Part shown: in pieces, positions 30,736 through 41,470 of the stretch | How the letters are laid out: each line of letters begins with the position of its first letter | Numbering within the stretch: position 1 is the stretch's first letter | Position numbers and translations under genes: made by a program | IMG/VR virus record: IMGVR_UViG_3300046314_000658 | Reading direction: 5' to 3' (one strand) | Origin: a virus | DNA length: 64,000 nucleotides | Notes under the pieces: generated by a model | Database searches by the model: none | Told to the model about the DNA's origin: nothing | What the model saw: only the letters and a program-made list of their open reading frames with translations

Positions 30736-31353
30736 AATGAAAATATTTGAAATGGATTGCTACGAAGTGCGTGAAACTGATGGTGGTGGAATGCGCACTG
30801 ACCATATTATGTATTGTTCTACCCGTACCCTCGCAGAGGAAGTTGCAAACCATGTCAAAGGTTGGCGCAGTGTTAATGCGTATAAAAAAACTATCAAAGT
30901 GTTTGATACAATCGAGGAAGTCGACGAGAACAGTGTTGCAAATCTGCGCAAGAGTGCAATTGCGAAGCTCACTGCCGCTGAACGCGAAGCACTTGGATTG
31001 TGATGCTGTAGTGAATGATTCAACTGAACCGGTTTCGCTAATCCAAACACTGCTTAACGCAGAAGCTACGATTGCAAACAGCAACCCAGATGAGTATGCG
31101 AAGAAAGTACGTAAGCAAATTCACATCCAGATTGAAGCGCTCCGTAATCCCATGGTACCAAGTTGTTACGGGTACGATGATTGTTCGACTCACATCTTAT
31201 CGCTGTGCCCCTGGAGAATGACTTGTGGAGACTAGTATATTCACAGTAAGCATCATGTAGACTCGTGTTTGGAGACATCTCTGCATCGCAACCATGGTTA
31301 CCCACCACTTTGCGATTCAGATGTTGACTTTAACTCACTCAATGAGAATAGTT

Positions 31354-31379
31354 AAAAGGGCCCTCAGAGGGCCCTTTTT
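31354..31379. terminator. strong intrinsic terminator closing the early region
   Basis: AAAAGGGCCCT-CAG-AGGGCCCTTTTT. Confidence 0.9.
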
Positions 31380-31388
31380 GTTTGAGGG

Positions 31389-31395
31389 ATAAATA
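31389..31395 (+). promoter_or_regulatory. T4-type late promoter-like box
   Basis: ATAAATA 21 nt before a structural gene; also at 33002 and 62996, variants at 52761 and 57210. Confidence 0.6.
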
Positions 31396-31416
31396 CTAGT
31401 TTACTGACCATTTCTA

Positions 31417-32949
31417 ATGCCAACCATCGTTACTCACGAGTACGAGTTCCCCTCAGCAAATCCCATTGCAACGTTTGGTGCTGGTTGGACGCTCGTCGGG
31501 TCAGTTACTCGCCCGCTATTCTTTAAGGTTGGATCCAGTCTTGATGATATCATTGCACAATTTAATAGTTGGCAGGATGTTGGTACAGAAGCTCCGTTGA
31601 CGAAGCGAATTGTCCTGCATCAAATTGAGTACACACGGTTGTACGGAACAGATGTTGTCACAATAACATATCCGATGATTTCAAGTGATGCGGGTCCTGT
31701 AATAGTGGTTACAGGAAGCGCCACAACTATCGAACGCGCAGCATTTGCATCTGGAACAATCGGAACAAGGTGGGTGGTGACAAATAGAGTGCATCACGCT
31801 GTAGTAACACTCACTGCTACTACATCACGGAAACGTCATACATCAACTAACCCAAGATTTTTATGTGGATTGGAAGCAATTGACTATGTGAGAACACCTG
31901 GATCAATTGATATCCCACCTCCACCAGTGACTGTGCCTGGTGCACCAGTTAACATATTTGCCGAATTGGTGTTAGAGATACCGGGTGTACCAGATAACGT
32001 GGTTGTAACACCGCTTACTGCCACATCAGCATCAGTCTCATTCACTGCACCACTTAGTAACGGTGGTAGTGCAATTACGAGCTATACCGTAACCAGTACG
32101 CCCGATAATATTACAGCAACTGGTGCCGTATCACCTATCGTTGTTACTGGGTTGACGACAGGTGCTTCGTACACATTTACTGTGCACGCAACTAATGTAG
32201 TAGGAGACGGTCCGGAATCGGCTACTGTAGGCCCGATCGTGCTAATAGCAGGCGAAAGCGATCCAGATTTTGCAAATGTTAGTCTATTGCTTCACGGTCA
32301 TGGTACTAATGGAAGTACGCTTATTATCGATAGCGGCCCAGGTCATCGCGCCATGAATGTTTCTGGCAATGTTGCAATTAGCACGACACAAAGCAAATTC
32401 GGTGGTTCTTCACTGTATTTTAATAATCAAGGAAATCCAGGTCGTATCGAAGTCCATGGTGTTAGCGATCCTAATTACTTCTATCTGGAATATGGGATTG
32501 CCTTAGCGGCCTTTACTATTGAGTTTTTCTATAAACCAATTGATGAAAACAACGATTACTTTGTTATAACCAACAGAGACTATACGTTACCAGTGGATGT
32601 AGCGGTAGAGGGTGCATTTGCGATGACAGCAACGCACAACTCGCTAACTATTCACGATAGTGTTCAGCTAGGTGGTGTAGATATAAGCACATCTGGAGTC
32701 CCTGCTAATGCAGGTTGGAGACACTACGCCGTATCTAGAGGCGCAGAGATGAAACTGTTTATAGATGGTATAGAGTATTACTCAGGCGCCCCTGATGTAA
32801 ATTACAACAACTCATTCCCGTTGGTTATAGGTAGCTGGGATTATGCTAATGGTGCTAGAGGGTATGTTGATGAATTGAGAATAACGCGTGGCGTGTGTCG
32901 CTACAACACTAACTTCAATCCACCTACAGCGCCGTTCCCAGATCAGTGA
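31417..32949 (+). CDS. virion fibre/adhesin with FN3 and LamG (ConA-like) domains
   Basis: FN3 VSFTAPxxNGGSAITxYTV; DPxFxNVSLLLHG..FTIEF..WxHYA..DELRIT.G..RY..PFP. Confidence 0.8.
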   Translation: MPTIVTHEYEFPSANPIATFGAGWTLVGSVTRPLFFKVGSSLDDIIAQFNSWQDVGTEAPLTKRIVLHQIEYTRLYGTDVVTITYPMISSDAGPVIVVTGSATTIERAAFASGTIGTRWVVTNRVHHAVVTLTATTSRKRHTSTNPRFLCGLEAIDYVRTPGSIDIPPPPVTVPGAPVNIFAELVLEIPGVPDNVVVTPLTATSASVSFTAPLSNGGSAITSYTVTSTPDNITATGAVSPIVVTGLTTGASYTFTVHATNVVGDGPESATVGPIVLIAGESDPDFANVSLLLHGHGTNGSTLIIDSGPGHRAMNVSGNVAISTTQSKFGGSSLYFNNQGNPGRIEVHGVSDPNYFYLEYGIALAAFTIEFFYKPIDENNDYFVITNRDYTLPVDVAVEGAFAMTATHNSLTIHDSVQLGGVDISTSGVPANAGWRHYAVSRGAEMKLFIDGIEYYSGAPDVNYNNSFPLVIGSWDYANGARGYVDELRITRGVCRYNTNFNPPTAPFPDQ

Positions 32950-33051
32950 TCGACTGTCTGTGTGAGTAAGCTATTTTACACTCCTGTTACAACCCGTCAG
33001 CATAAATACTTACGGAACTAAATGGTTCTCTTTTAACACTAAGGAAATAAT

Positions 33052-33324
33052 ATGGCATCAACATCAGCATCAGTATCGTTTACGGCACCAGTAAACGACG
33101 GCGGCAGTGCAATTACTGGCTATACAGTAACTAGTACGCCCGATAATATTACAGCAACTGGCACCGCGTCCCCTATTGTGGTGACTGGACTAACCAATGG
33201 AACTTCGTATACATTTACGGTGCATGCGACCAATGCAGCAGGAGATGGACCAGAATCCGTCGCTTCCAATGCTGTAACACCATCTGACGTACCAGGAGCG
33301 CCAACTGACATTGTTGCAGTTTAA
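33052..33324 (+). CDS. single FN3-domain protein
   Basis: Near copy of the FN3 domain of 31417. Confidence 0.8.
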   Translation: MASTSASVSFTAPVNDGGSAITGYTVTSTPDNITATGTASPIVVTGLTNGTSYTFTVHATNAAGDGPESVASNAVTPSDVPGAPTDIVAV

Positions 33325-33342
33325 TCTGTAATTAGGTAAGTT

Positions 33343-33660
33343 ATGGCGACGGCATCGGTATCGTTCACAGCCCCTGCAAGCAATGGTGGGAGTCCGATAC
33401 TAAGTTATACAGTAACCAGTACGCCCGGTAATATTACGGCTACTGGTACTGTATCCCCTATTGTAGTGACTGGACTAACAGGTGGCAATTCATACAACTT
33501 TACCGTACATGCAACTAACGCGAACGGGAACGGACTCGAGTCCGTTCCCTCAAATTCTGTAATTACATCCAGTTCACAGTCATACTCGAGTGTTGAATTA
33601 ATTCTAAATTCAGTGCAACTAGCAGTTGATATCAATAACATCTCATTAACATTAGGATAA
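33343..33660 (+). CDS. single FN3-domain protein
   Basis: Third FN3 copy plus C-terminal tail. Confidence 0.8.
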   Translation: MATASVSFTAPASNGGSPILSYTVTSTPGNITATGTVSPIVVTGLTGGNSYNFTVHATNANGNGLESVPSNSVITSSSQSYSSVELILNSVQLAVDINNISLTLG

Positions 33661-33663
33661 GCT

Positions 33664-36600
33664 ATGGCATTAGTTCCAACAACATTTAGTACCGTCGATA
33701 AAAGTAATACAACTTTAAGTAACGGTAATTTAACAGCCGCGCTCCTCGGAAGCTCGTCTGGTGTTAGGACAGAATTTGGAGTTAATAGCGGGAAGTGGTA
33801 TTGGGAAATTACCTATACGTCTGGAACTGGCCCACTGTGCGCAGGTGTTGGATCCGACATCTCTAGTATAACACAGTACCTTGGCGGGGAAGCATCGAGT
33901 TGGGCATTCCAAAACCTTGACGCAAGTTTTCTAATTCACGAAGGCGCGACATCAGATATTCCTGGGATGTCTGCACTTGCAATTGGGCAGAAAATAGGCA
34001 TTGCTTTAAACATGGACGCCGGTACATTATCGTTTGTTAGAAATAATGTAGTTTACCCTATTGCGAGTGGATTGACTGGTTATATGTATGCTATGGTAAG
34101 CTCATCGCCAACCCAATCATCAGTTACGGTGACTGCTAACTTCGGCGCAACCGCGTTCACAAATACTGTACCTAGCGGATATACGTCGGGTTTTGGGTAC
34201 GATACGGCTCAAGATATTTCTGGATTGCAAGTCGACTATAGCCCTCTAAACAATACTGAAATCGTTCAATCGCTAACTCCCGTCGGCTTTCCGACATTAC
34301 CACCATACACAGACTATCTTGGTGGTGATGGGCGATATTGCTTCAACGATAGAAGCGTAAAATTTGATAGTTTAAATCTTAGGAATTTTATCCCCGGAGC
34401 TTCTGATTTCTATGTTGATTTTGTTTACCTCCCGTATCTAACTGACGCTATAAATGTTGGTAATGGAATTGTACCATTGTTAATCGGCGCACTTAATGAT
34501 ACTGACATTTATACAAGAAATTCCATCTATCTTAAATTATATTCGACAGACCCTGCTAGCACATCACTAGCGCTTACTTTAGTATATTCCGACTCGACTA
34601 ATACGGAAACAAATCTCGTAACTTACAATACAACAAAAAGTGTAATTTTAAATAAAGAGACTCATTTTAGAATAGCTCGTATCAGCAATGTTATGCGACT
34701 ATTTGTTAATGGTGTTTCTGTTGGAACTAGCACAACTAAAATTATTATCAGACCTTATTCAAAAACGCTGATTGGCGGATACACTTCTCCATACTTCAGC
34801 CCATTCGGGTTGTATGGGTGCAACGGGATTCTAACACAGTTTAGTTTTTATAAAGCGACCAGCGGGACAACAACATTCACTCCTGTTTATAAAACTCCTA
34901 GATACTCGGCAGTTGCAAAGTTCAGTAACTACTTGAGCAACACCAACGTAACCTGCAGCCCTGATGGTAAGAAAATTAAATTAAATTACCCGAATGAAAC
35001 TATATCCGCTAACAGTATAGCCATCAATACTGGTAGATACTATTTTGAGTTGACCACAAGTAATGCAAATAAAATTGTTATAGGTTTTGTTAACAATAGC
35101 TACACTGGAAATTATACATCGCCGCTATTAACCCCAGCTACAACAAATAGATGGATTTCAACTGTAATAAATGGATCTTTGCTCCCAACTGGCTACAACC
35201 CTGCTTCAGTTACATTAGGTACTGTGAGTGATACAATTGGGGTTTACTTAGATACGGCAACGAAATCTTGGGGTTATATTGTTAACGGCGTTGACTACGG
35301 ATACAAGCACGTTGGGATGACTGGGACTTCATTTAGAATGGTAATAGGAACAGTTTCAGGTGTTCAATCTCAATCTATTGATACGATGCCGGAAGTAGTT
35401 GTGAATTTTGGAGATTCTGCTTTTGTAAATTCACCACCTTACAAATACGCGGCAGGATTTTATTCTTCAGTTACACAACCAACATTAACGACACCTGCTC
35501 TGGATTCTTCGTTAAAATCCCCAGGTTCCGTGATTACTAGCAACGGGTTGGGTATTAGCCCGTCCGGTACGGGTCAATATTCAGTTGTGCCAACAATCGT
35601 AAAATCAAATTTCTTTAAAAATACGGGCAAATATTATTTTGAAGTTACCCCAATTTTAAATTCACCTCTTTATGTTGGTATCAGTAGCCACACAATGCTT
35701 AATACCGATTTATCGAGGGCTTGGTCTGGGTCCGGTAGACAGAGTTTAGAAGTTTCTCACGTTTATAATGCTGGAACTGCTTGGCTCAAAAAGAACGGAA
35801 CTGCTCTTACAAATTTGGCGACACAAACAACCGCAATAAACGGCGCAGATACTTCAGCTTCAGCACTTATAGATCAACCTTTTAATACAACAGATTCTTC
35901 AAAACCAACTACGATAGGATTTGCGGTAGATTATGATTTGGGAACTATTTCGGTATATTTTAAAGAAATAACACCCCCGTATTTAATAAAGGGTTACAAA
36001 GTTCCTGGGTTTACGCCAAACTTGAATTATTTTGTTTATGCTGAAATTGATACGTCAACTCAGAATTCAGCTATATTTAATTTTGGAGCATCCTCGTTTC
36101 AACTCGCGGTTCCCCCTGGATATGCGCCAGGTTTTGATTTGACCGGGTATTTTGGCTATAAAGGGTATGTGTACGATGCTCAGGGTGCAGGGGTTTCTAG
36201 AAAAGTTATGGCTCTTGACATAGCAACCGGGGAAAAATTAGCAGAGGTTCAATCCGCAACCGATGGGTCTTTTGTAATATCTCAATTACCTACGAATAAC
36301 CCTAACTGCATTTTATTAGCGCTCCCTAATGTAGGTGAAACTGTAAATGCCGCAAGATTGTTCAATTTAGCACCAGGCGTGTTGACTGTTCCAGGGGTAG
36401 TTCTAGACCCATATTACTCTAATGTAGTTTTACTATTACATGGGGACGGTACTAATGGAACAAACCAGTTCACCGATCACAGCTTATTTCCTGGAACACT
36501 AACAACTACAGGTAATATAACCCACACAACAACCGCTAAGAGAATGGGAACTAGCTCTATTAACGTGCCTGATAAAAATTCAAAAATTGAAGTTGTGAAA

Positions 36601-37074
36601 AGTTCAGCAGTTGATTTGACTGGTACATACACAATCGAATTTTGGGCAAGAACATCTACCTCTGTAGTCGGTGATGCTAATGCAGTTATTTCTACCAATG
36701 ATACTGTTTATCCTAGTAGATTCGTGGTTGATTTCTATGCACCGAATTCGACTACTATTTTGGGTCGAATTGCAACTTCATCTAATGCGATAATATACAC
36801 GTCACCTACCCGACCTTATGTGCTAGGTGATTGGGTTCATTTTGCTTTTGTAAACAACTCTACTGCTAATACTCACACAGTGTTTATAAACGGAGTAGTA
36901 GCAGGTAGTCGAGCAGCAGTCCCATTATTCAACGCAACTACATTTCAGGTTGGTAAAAATAGTACAGCTTGGGCTGAAGGGCCGTACCAGATTGATGATT
37001 TGAGAATAACAAAGGGTATTGCTCGATATACATCTAACTTCGCCGTTCCTACTGCACCATTTCCGGATGCTTAA
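33664..37074 (+). CDS. large virion fibre/receptor-binding protein with SPRY-like and LamG domains
   Basis: Three GxxYxE..IG..D..NFG..F..P.GY units (GKWYWE, GRYYFE, GKYYFE); C-terminal LamG like 31417. Confidence 0.8.
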   Translation: MALVPTTFSTVDKSNTTLSNGNLTAALLGSSSGVRTEFGVNSGKWYWEITYTSGTGPLCAGVGSDISSITQYLGGEASSWAFQNLDASFLIHEGATSDIPGMSALAIGQKIGIALNMDAGTLSFVRNNVVYPIASGLTGYMYAMVSSSPTQSSVTVTANFGATAFTNTVPSGYTSGFGYDTAQDISGLQVDYSPLNNTEIVQSLTPVGFPTLPPYTDYLGGDGRYCFNDRSVKFDSLNLRNFIPGASDFYVDFVYLPYLTDAINVGNGIVPLLIGALNDTDIYTRNSIYLKLYSTDPASTSLALTLVYSDSTNTETNLVTYNTTKSVILNKETHFRIARISNVMRLFVNGVSVGTSTTKIIIRPYSKTLIGGYTSPYFSPFGLYGCNGILTQFSFYKATSGTTTFTPVYKTPRYSAVAKFSNYLSNTNVTCSPDGKKIKLNYPNETISANSIAINTGRYYFELTTSNANKIVIGFVNNSYTGNYTSPLLTPATTNRWISTVINGSLLPTGYNPASVTLGTVSDTIGVYLDTATKSWGYIVNGVDYGYKHVGMTGTSFRMVIGTVSGVQSQSIDTMPEVVVNFGDSAFVNSPPYKYAAGFYSSVTQPTLTTPALDSSLKSPGSVITSNGLGISPSGTGQYSVVPTIVKSNFFKNTGKYYFEVTPILNSPLYVGISSHTMLNTDLSRAWSGSGRQSLEVSHVYNAGTAWLKKNGTALTNLATQTTAINGADTSASALIDQPFNTTDSSKPTTIGFAVDYDLGTISVYFKEITPPYLIKGYKVPGFTPNLNYFVYAEIDTSTQNSAIFNFGASSFQLAVPPGYAPGFDLTGYFGYKGYVYDAQGAGVSRKVMALDIATGEKLAEVQSATDGSFVISQLPTNNPNCILLALPNVGETVNAARLFNLAPGVLTVPGVVLDPYYSNVVLLLHGDGTNGTNQFTDHSLFPGTLTTTGNITHTTTAKRMGTSSINVPDKNSKIEVVKSSAVDLTGTYTIEFWARTSTSVVGDANAVISTNDTVYPSRFVVDFYAPNSTTILGRIATSSNAIIYTSPTRPYVLGDWVHFAFVNNSTANTHTVFINGVVAGSRAAVPLFNATTFQVGKNSTAWAEGPYQIDDLRITKGIARYTSNFAVPTAPFPDA

Positions 37075-37075
37075 A

Positions 37076-37354
37076 TTACCGTCGGTTGAATATTTCTTCG
37101 ACATCACCTTTAGATAATTGAGCAAAGGTGATTTCCGAACGGCGGCGCTGGCACTGCTTGATTTCCTCAACAGACATCCGTTTAAAATCAATCGACGGAT
37201 GGGACTTACCACAAGAAAATTCACCATCATCTGTGTACAGTCTATCGGAATATGCAAGTGCAAGCATAATGCGCAGTTGCTTATTTTCAGCACGCAACTC
37301 ATCAACTGACACTAGTGTATCTCCGTACCACTCATTTTCACGTAAGTCAACCAT
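37076..37354 (-). CDS. hypothetical phage protein
   Basis: LYxDDGE..IDFKR motif. Confidence 0.7.
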   Translation of the reverse strand: MVDLRENEWYGDTLVSVDELRAENKQLRIMLALAYSDRLYTDDGEFSCGKSHPSIDFKRMSVEEIKQCQRRRSEITFAQLSKGDVEEIFNRR

Positions 37355-37355
37355 T

Positions 37356-37871
37356 TTAATCGAAACCTTTCACGTGATCTTTCAGGAACGCAATACAATC
37401 ATCAGGATTGCGGTACATATGAGCAATACCACCCGCTGCCTCCCACTCCTCGCAATTGGACTGGCGGTCGTCGATTAGAATATCACCAATCTCACAGTGC
37501 TTGTGTTTATCGTACGCATACGGTCCGAAAAATACTGGAATATTAGCTTTGCCACTCAATTCCCGTAGAATGTAATTATCCACCCAACGCATTTTGAGTA
37601 ACGGAGCATACGGCCAGGTAGACTTATCGTCACACGGTAGTGCAGTGAGGAATGCAATTTCCCCACGCGGTACAACATCAACCAATTTTCTAAGAATCGG
37701 AGTAAATGCAGCATTGGGCTCAAGATCGATAAACATCTGCTGATGGTCTTGTCGCAAATCTGCCCAGTCACTATCAGTCATCAGTTCACCGACACTGTAG
37801 TTGGTGCCGAGAGCGTGATTAACATATCCAGTAAAATCTGCAGTTACATCATCGAGGTCAATATAAATCAT
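37356..37871 (-). CDS. 5'(3')-deoxyribonucleotidase, HAD/NT5C family
   Basis: IYIDLDDVxADF, K.K, ILIDDR..N..EW..AGG; start at ATG 37871. Confidence 0.85.
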   Translation of the reverse strand: MIYIDLDDVTADFTGYVNHALGTNYSVGELMTDSDWADLRQDHQQMFIDLEPNAAFTPILRKLVDVVPRGEIAFLTALPCDDKSTWPYAPLLKMRWVDNYILRELSGKANIPVFFGPYAYDKHKHCEIGDILIDDRQSNCEEWEAAGGIAHMYRNPDDCIAFLKDHVKGFD

Positions 37872-37924
37872 AAAAGTCCAAATGTTTGGTATACAGTATC
37901 TGAAATGTGAGAAGTGGTGCCAAC

Positions 37925-37952
37925 AAAAAAGGGTCTGTAATGGACCCTTTTT
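37925..37952. terminator. intrinsic terminator (bidirectional form)
   Basis: AAAAAAGGGTC-N7-GACCCTTTTT. Confidence 0.8.
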
Positions 37953-37968
37953 ACCGCAAGGTGTGTGA

Positions 37969-38523
37969 TTAGAATGAATACTTAACGGTTGCAGCGGCAC
38001 CGTTTTGAAACTCAACATTGCTTACGTTAGCATGCTTCAGTGCAACGCGAACTGATACAGCTTTGGTAACAGGGAAGTCTGCACCAACTTGGTAAGTCTT
38101 CTGGTTAATTGCTGCATTAGCTGCATTCAATCGATATTCAGCGACTGCAAATGTGTTCAAACCAAACATTGGGTACTTGACTTCAGCACCAACGCCAGTA
38201 AAGTGACCGTCAGCAGCTAGTGTACCAACATCGCCAATCACAACTCGAGGAGTCACTGATAGTCCTGCCACAGAGACTGGGTACGAATAGCCGATTTCGT
38301 AGCCATTTTGATTACCTTGAGTACCGTTGGTTCGATCGTATGTGAACGCACCGTCAATAGTACCATAATTGGTAACTTGAGATAGACCTACGGTTTGTTT
38401 TTCTTGTTGCGTCTTACCGACTTGGCTGGCAACGCCCATGTATTCGTAGCCCACACCAACTGTGGTAGCAAAAGCAGAAGCAGCAGAGATAGCCAAAACG
38501 AAAGTAGCGAGAAGTTTCTTCAT
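37969..38523 (-). CDS. outer-membrane beta-barrel protein
   Basis: Sec signal MKKLL..AFA, alternating amphipathic strands, C-terminal VKYSF. Confidence 0.8.
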   Translation of the reverse strand: MKKLLATFVLAISAASAFATTVGVGYEYMGVASQVGKTQQEKQTVGLSQVTNYGTIDGAFTYDRTNGTQGNQNGYEIGYSYPVSVAGLSVTPRVVIGDVGTLAADGHFTGVGAEVKYPMFGLNTFAVAEYRLNAANAAINQKTYQVGADFPVTKAVSVRVALKHANVSNVEFQNGAAATVKYSF

Positions 38524-38604
38524 TGTGTGTTTTCCTTAAAAGTAATGAAAATGGTGGGCAGTTACACCCACCTGTTTAAATATCACAGGATGTGATAAAT
38601 GTGG

Positions 38605-39237
38605 TCAACCGATAGCGTCGCCGTGGTGGTCGTATACTGGTTTTGGAATCAGTTTTAGTGACTCAATAACTTCTTCGAAATCATAAGGGTACAAATCGTT
38701 AGTATCAATTCCAACATCCTTGATACGGCCTTTAACTATGCATGGAGCACCATGCAGGTGCCCGTGCGCAAAACACGTTCCGTGCCCAATTCCATCCCAA
38801 CTTGCAAATGGGTAGTGGCTCATCGCCACACCAACGCCACGAGCACTAACGAAAGCGTAATCCTTAACGTCAATGAATAAGTCAGCGAATTGCGGTAACT
38901 TGACTAATGAGTGATCGTGATTACCACGAATCAAAGTTTTATCGCCGTTCAGACGAGCAATCAACGCAGGAGCCTTGTCGATTCGACCCATTGCTACATC
39001 ACCCAGGATGAATACGTGATCGCCAGGTTGAACTCTACTGTTCCACTTTGCGATTATCTCTTCGTTCATCTCATCGATGTAGTGCTCGTAGACAGGTTTA
39101 CCAGCAGCGTCAACGTCAATCTGGTTGACAAACTTCCCACGAGATTCAGGGCAATACAGTGCAATCATCTTGTGGTTGAAATGTATATCCGAACAGATGT
39201 GGTGCTTTCTATACGAATTGTATTTTTCTTTTTTCAT
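38605..39237 (-). CDS. calcineurin-like metallophosphoesterase
   Basis: SDIHF, LGD, GNHD, SHYP, HGHLH. Confidence 0.9.
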   Translation of the reverse strand: MKKEKYNSYRKHHICSDIHFNHKMIALYCPESRGKFVNQIDVDAAGKPVYEHYIDEMNEEIIAKWNSRVQPGDHVFILGDVAMGRIDKAPALIARLNGDKTLIRGNHDHSLVKLPQFADLFIDVKDYAFVSARGVGVAMSHYPFASWDGIGHGTCFAHGHLHGAPCIVKGRIKDVGIDTNDLYPYDFEEVIESLKLIPKPVYDHHGDAIG

Positions 39238-39435
39238 GTTTCTTCTAGTAGTTTAATCGCTTTGTTTGCCATGTCCGTGTACGACTTGCGAGCGGACAGA
39301 AAGTAATTCTGCCACCACTCGTCTGTCTCTGCCGCCACGTTATTGTCAATGTGTATGCGACGTGTTGGCGTTGGGTCATGCGTACCGCGACTAATTTGAG
39401 TCAAAAGCTCAAGCAATTGTTGTTTATTACTCACA

Positions 39436-40023
39436 TTAAAAGTACCAGTATTTTTCTGTGCGAGGACGGGTTCCATCAGCCCACATCCACGTCGGTCCAC
39501 TGAACTTCGTTGGATCGTTTGATGAAATTTGGCCAAGCAATACTGAGCTAGAACGATATCGGATACCCTGCTTGGATAGTATATCTCGTGCATCAACTTG
39601 TCGATTATACATCATCCAACCCTGCATATTCGTAGGCAGATCTGGCGCATCAATCGCTACACAATGTGCCCATGCAAACTCATTTGGTGAGATTGGTTGG
39701 CCCGGCATAATTGCATTGAATGTTTGCAGTATGCATTTTCGTTGCATCATTGCACGCTGTTCAGCTGGAGGAGCATTTACAATCGAGTGATAATTTGGCA
39801 TCCAAAACACTGCATTGAGCACCATTAGTGTAGAAACTAACAATCCAAGCGCTACAACAATCAGTGCTACACCATTTGGTTGTCCGTTTTCATCCTTCGG
39901 GAGGAAGCATGCCGCAAGCATTACAAATCCCTTTAGAATAATCAAGAAGATTGCGCCAATGATCGCAGCCTCAGCAATGCTTCGCAGCCACTCGCCAAAT
40001 GTTTGATTAGAATTTTGTGTCAT
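39436..40023 (-). CDS. membrane protein, hypothetical
   Basis: Two N-terminal TM segments. Confidence 0.65.
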   Translation of the reverse strand: MTQNSNQTFGEWLRSIAEAAIIGAIFLIILKGFVMLAACFLPKDENGQPNGVALIVVALGLLVSTLMVLNAVFWMPNYHSIVNAPPAEQRAMMQRKCILQTFNAIMPGQPISPNEFAWAHCVAIDAPDLPTNMQGWMMYNRQVDARDILSKQGIRYRSSSVLLGQISSNDPTKFSGPTWMWADGTRPRTEKYWYF

Positions 40024-40032
40024 GATGATACT

Positions 40033-40635
40033 TTACATAAAAAGATTTTTGTCGACAATCGAATGCTTCACTTTGTCAACTTGTTTGATTGAAATAGGAT
40101 ATTGGATGTTCACAGACCCCTCTGATTCTGCCCCGCGTGTCATCACAGCGAGCCCGAATTTACGTGCAATATGACGTATTGCTTTGTTTTGCGTGAGACA
40201 GCAAAGATAGATTCGATTGATTGAGTATTCTGTAACCAGTTGATACCCACGCGCGAATAGGAGTTGACCAAGTTTGCGACCACGATGGGCTTCTGCCGTA
40301 GAAAAAGCAAACTCTGCAGTATCATCGAGGATAGCAACGTGGAGTGTTGCAACGAGCTCGCTTCCTCGGTTTATGCCAAACCAGAAGTCAGCACGAGTTC
40401 GTGTATTCACAGTAGCTAAAGTAGTCTCAATGTACGACTTCAACAGGGGTGGTGTGATCAGGTACCCAAACCTGAGATATAAATCTTCATCGCTCAGTGA
40501 TGAGATGTGTTGTACAACAGCGTCAGACGAATCGTCGAATAGCCGCACTAGTGAGTAATCATCAATATTTACCATAGATCTCATTCTTACATTGCTGCTG
40601 CTTGGTGTTGTTACCGCTTCAATAGTCCATGTCAT
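40033..40635 (-). CDS. GNAT-family N-acetyltransferase
   Basis: LSxEDxYLRF, AEFAFS, HRGRKLG acetyl-CoA loop, N..I..A.K.G; start uncertain. Confidence 0.8.
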   Translation of the reverse strand: MTWTIEAVTTPSSSNVRMRSMVNIDDYSLVRLFDDSSDAVVQHISSLSDEDLYLRFGYLITPPLLKSYIETTLATVNTRTRADFWFGINRGSELVATLHVAILDDTAEFAFSTAEAHRGRKLGQLLFARGYQLVTEYSINRIYLCCLTQNKAIRHIARKFGLAVMTRGAESEGSVNIQYPISIKQVDKVKHSIVDKNLFM

Positions 40636-40893
40636 CCATTGTGGTCAGACTCAAGTGATTAGTTGCCACCCATGATGCGAGGTCAAATCCATCTGGAAAC
40701 ACCAGTTCCTGTGATTGCAAACCATCGCCAGATGCATAGCTCTCATCACCATCGTCTGCAAGTTCTTCCATTTTGGCTAGTACAGCTTCATCAGTTACCC
40801 ACCTAATACTGTTTGAGCCGTCGCCACTATTTGTAATGATCATGTAAAGTTTATTCATTTAGTTTCCTTGAAAATATCAATTTATTGTATGTT

Positions 40894-41301
40894 TTAACGC
40901 CCACCACGAGTAAACCACTTAACTGCAGCATCGTACGTACTGAACGGTCCTGTACCACCAGTGCTGGTAACAGTCGCGTCATTCTCATCACCGTACACTA
41001 GCAGAAATCGCTTTTCACCAGTCGGCGACTCAACTACTCGAACTGTTGAATAATATTCTCGCTCGCGCTCGATCCAGTTGTCAACCATGGTAGTAACACT
41101 TTGTGCATCTTGCGGTTTACGGTGCCAATCTTTATATGCAGTGCCATTGGCAACTGACTGTTCGTATTTGGCAAGGAGAGCAATCGATTCGCCAATTAGT
41201 CGGACACGAATGTCTTCATAGTGCGCAATTTTACTCGCGACAGCAGTTTGAACCAATATTAGGTCGATATCATGTCGAATGTTAGTAACGAGGGTTGTCA
41301 T
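40894..41301 (-). CDS. hypothetical protein
   Basis: Start at MTTLV; C-terminal TGPF..WF..GGR. Confidence 0.65.
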   Translation of the reverse strand: MTTLVTNIRHDIDLILVQTAVASKIAHYEDIRVRLIGESIALLAKYEQSVANGTAYKDWHRKPQDAQSVTTMVDNWIEREREYYSTVRVVESPTGEKRFLLVYGDENDATVTSTGGTGPFSTYDAAVKWFTRGGR

Positions 41302-41470
41302 TTTGTAACTGTAGTATAAATTGTTGTTTTTCCAACTCCCGTTCAGGAGTGATTCTGCGCTCGTGAGTATCAAGTCGGCGAAGATGCTGTAAACGATCCT
41401 CCAACGAGGAGAACCTGGTTGGAGAAATCGTACTGGAGTTAGATGGTAGCAGTGGAATCACGACTTGATA

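Larger units (their letters stand above)
1..31235 (+). other. Phage early/host-takeover region: dense co-oriented array of about 80 small, mostly hypothetical genes
   Basis: Short ORFs (50-200 aa) with AAGGA/GGAG Shine-Dalgarno sites, ATGA/TAATG overlaps and repeated TTGAC..TATAAT promoters. Confidence 0.9.

Noticed and set aside
39234-39596. 160-bp dual-coding overlap with 39436..40023
   Set aside because: A GTG at 39434 immediately after the upstream stop gives a non-overlapping gene
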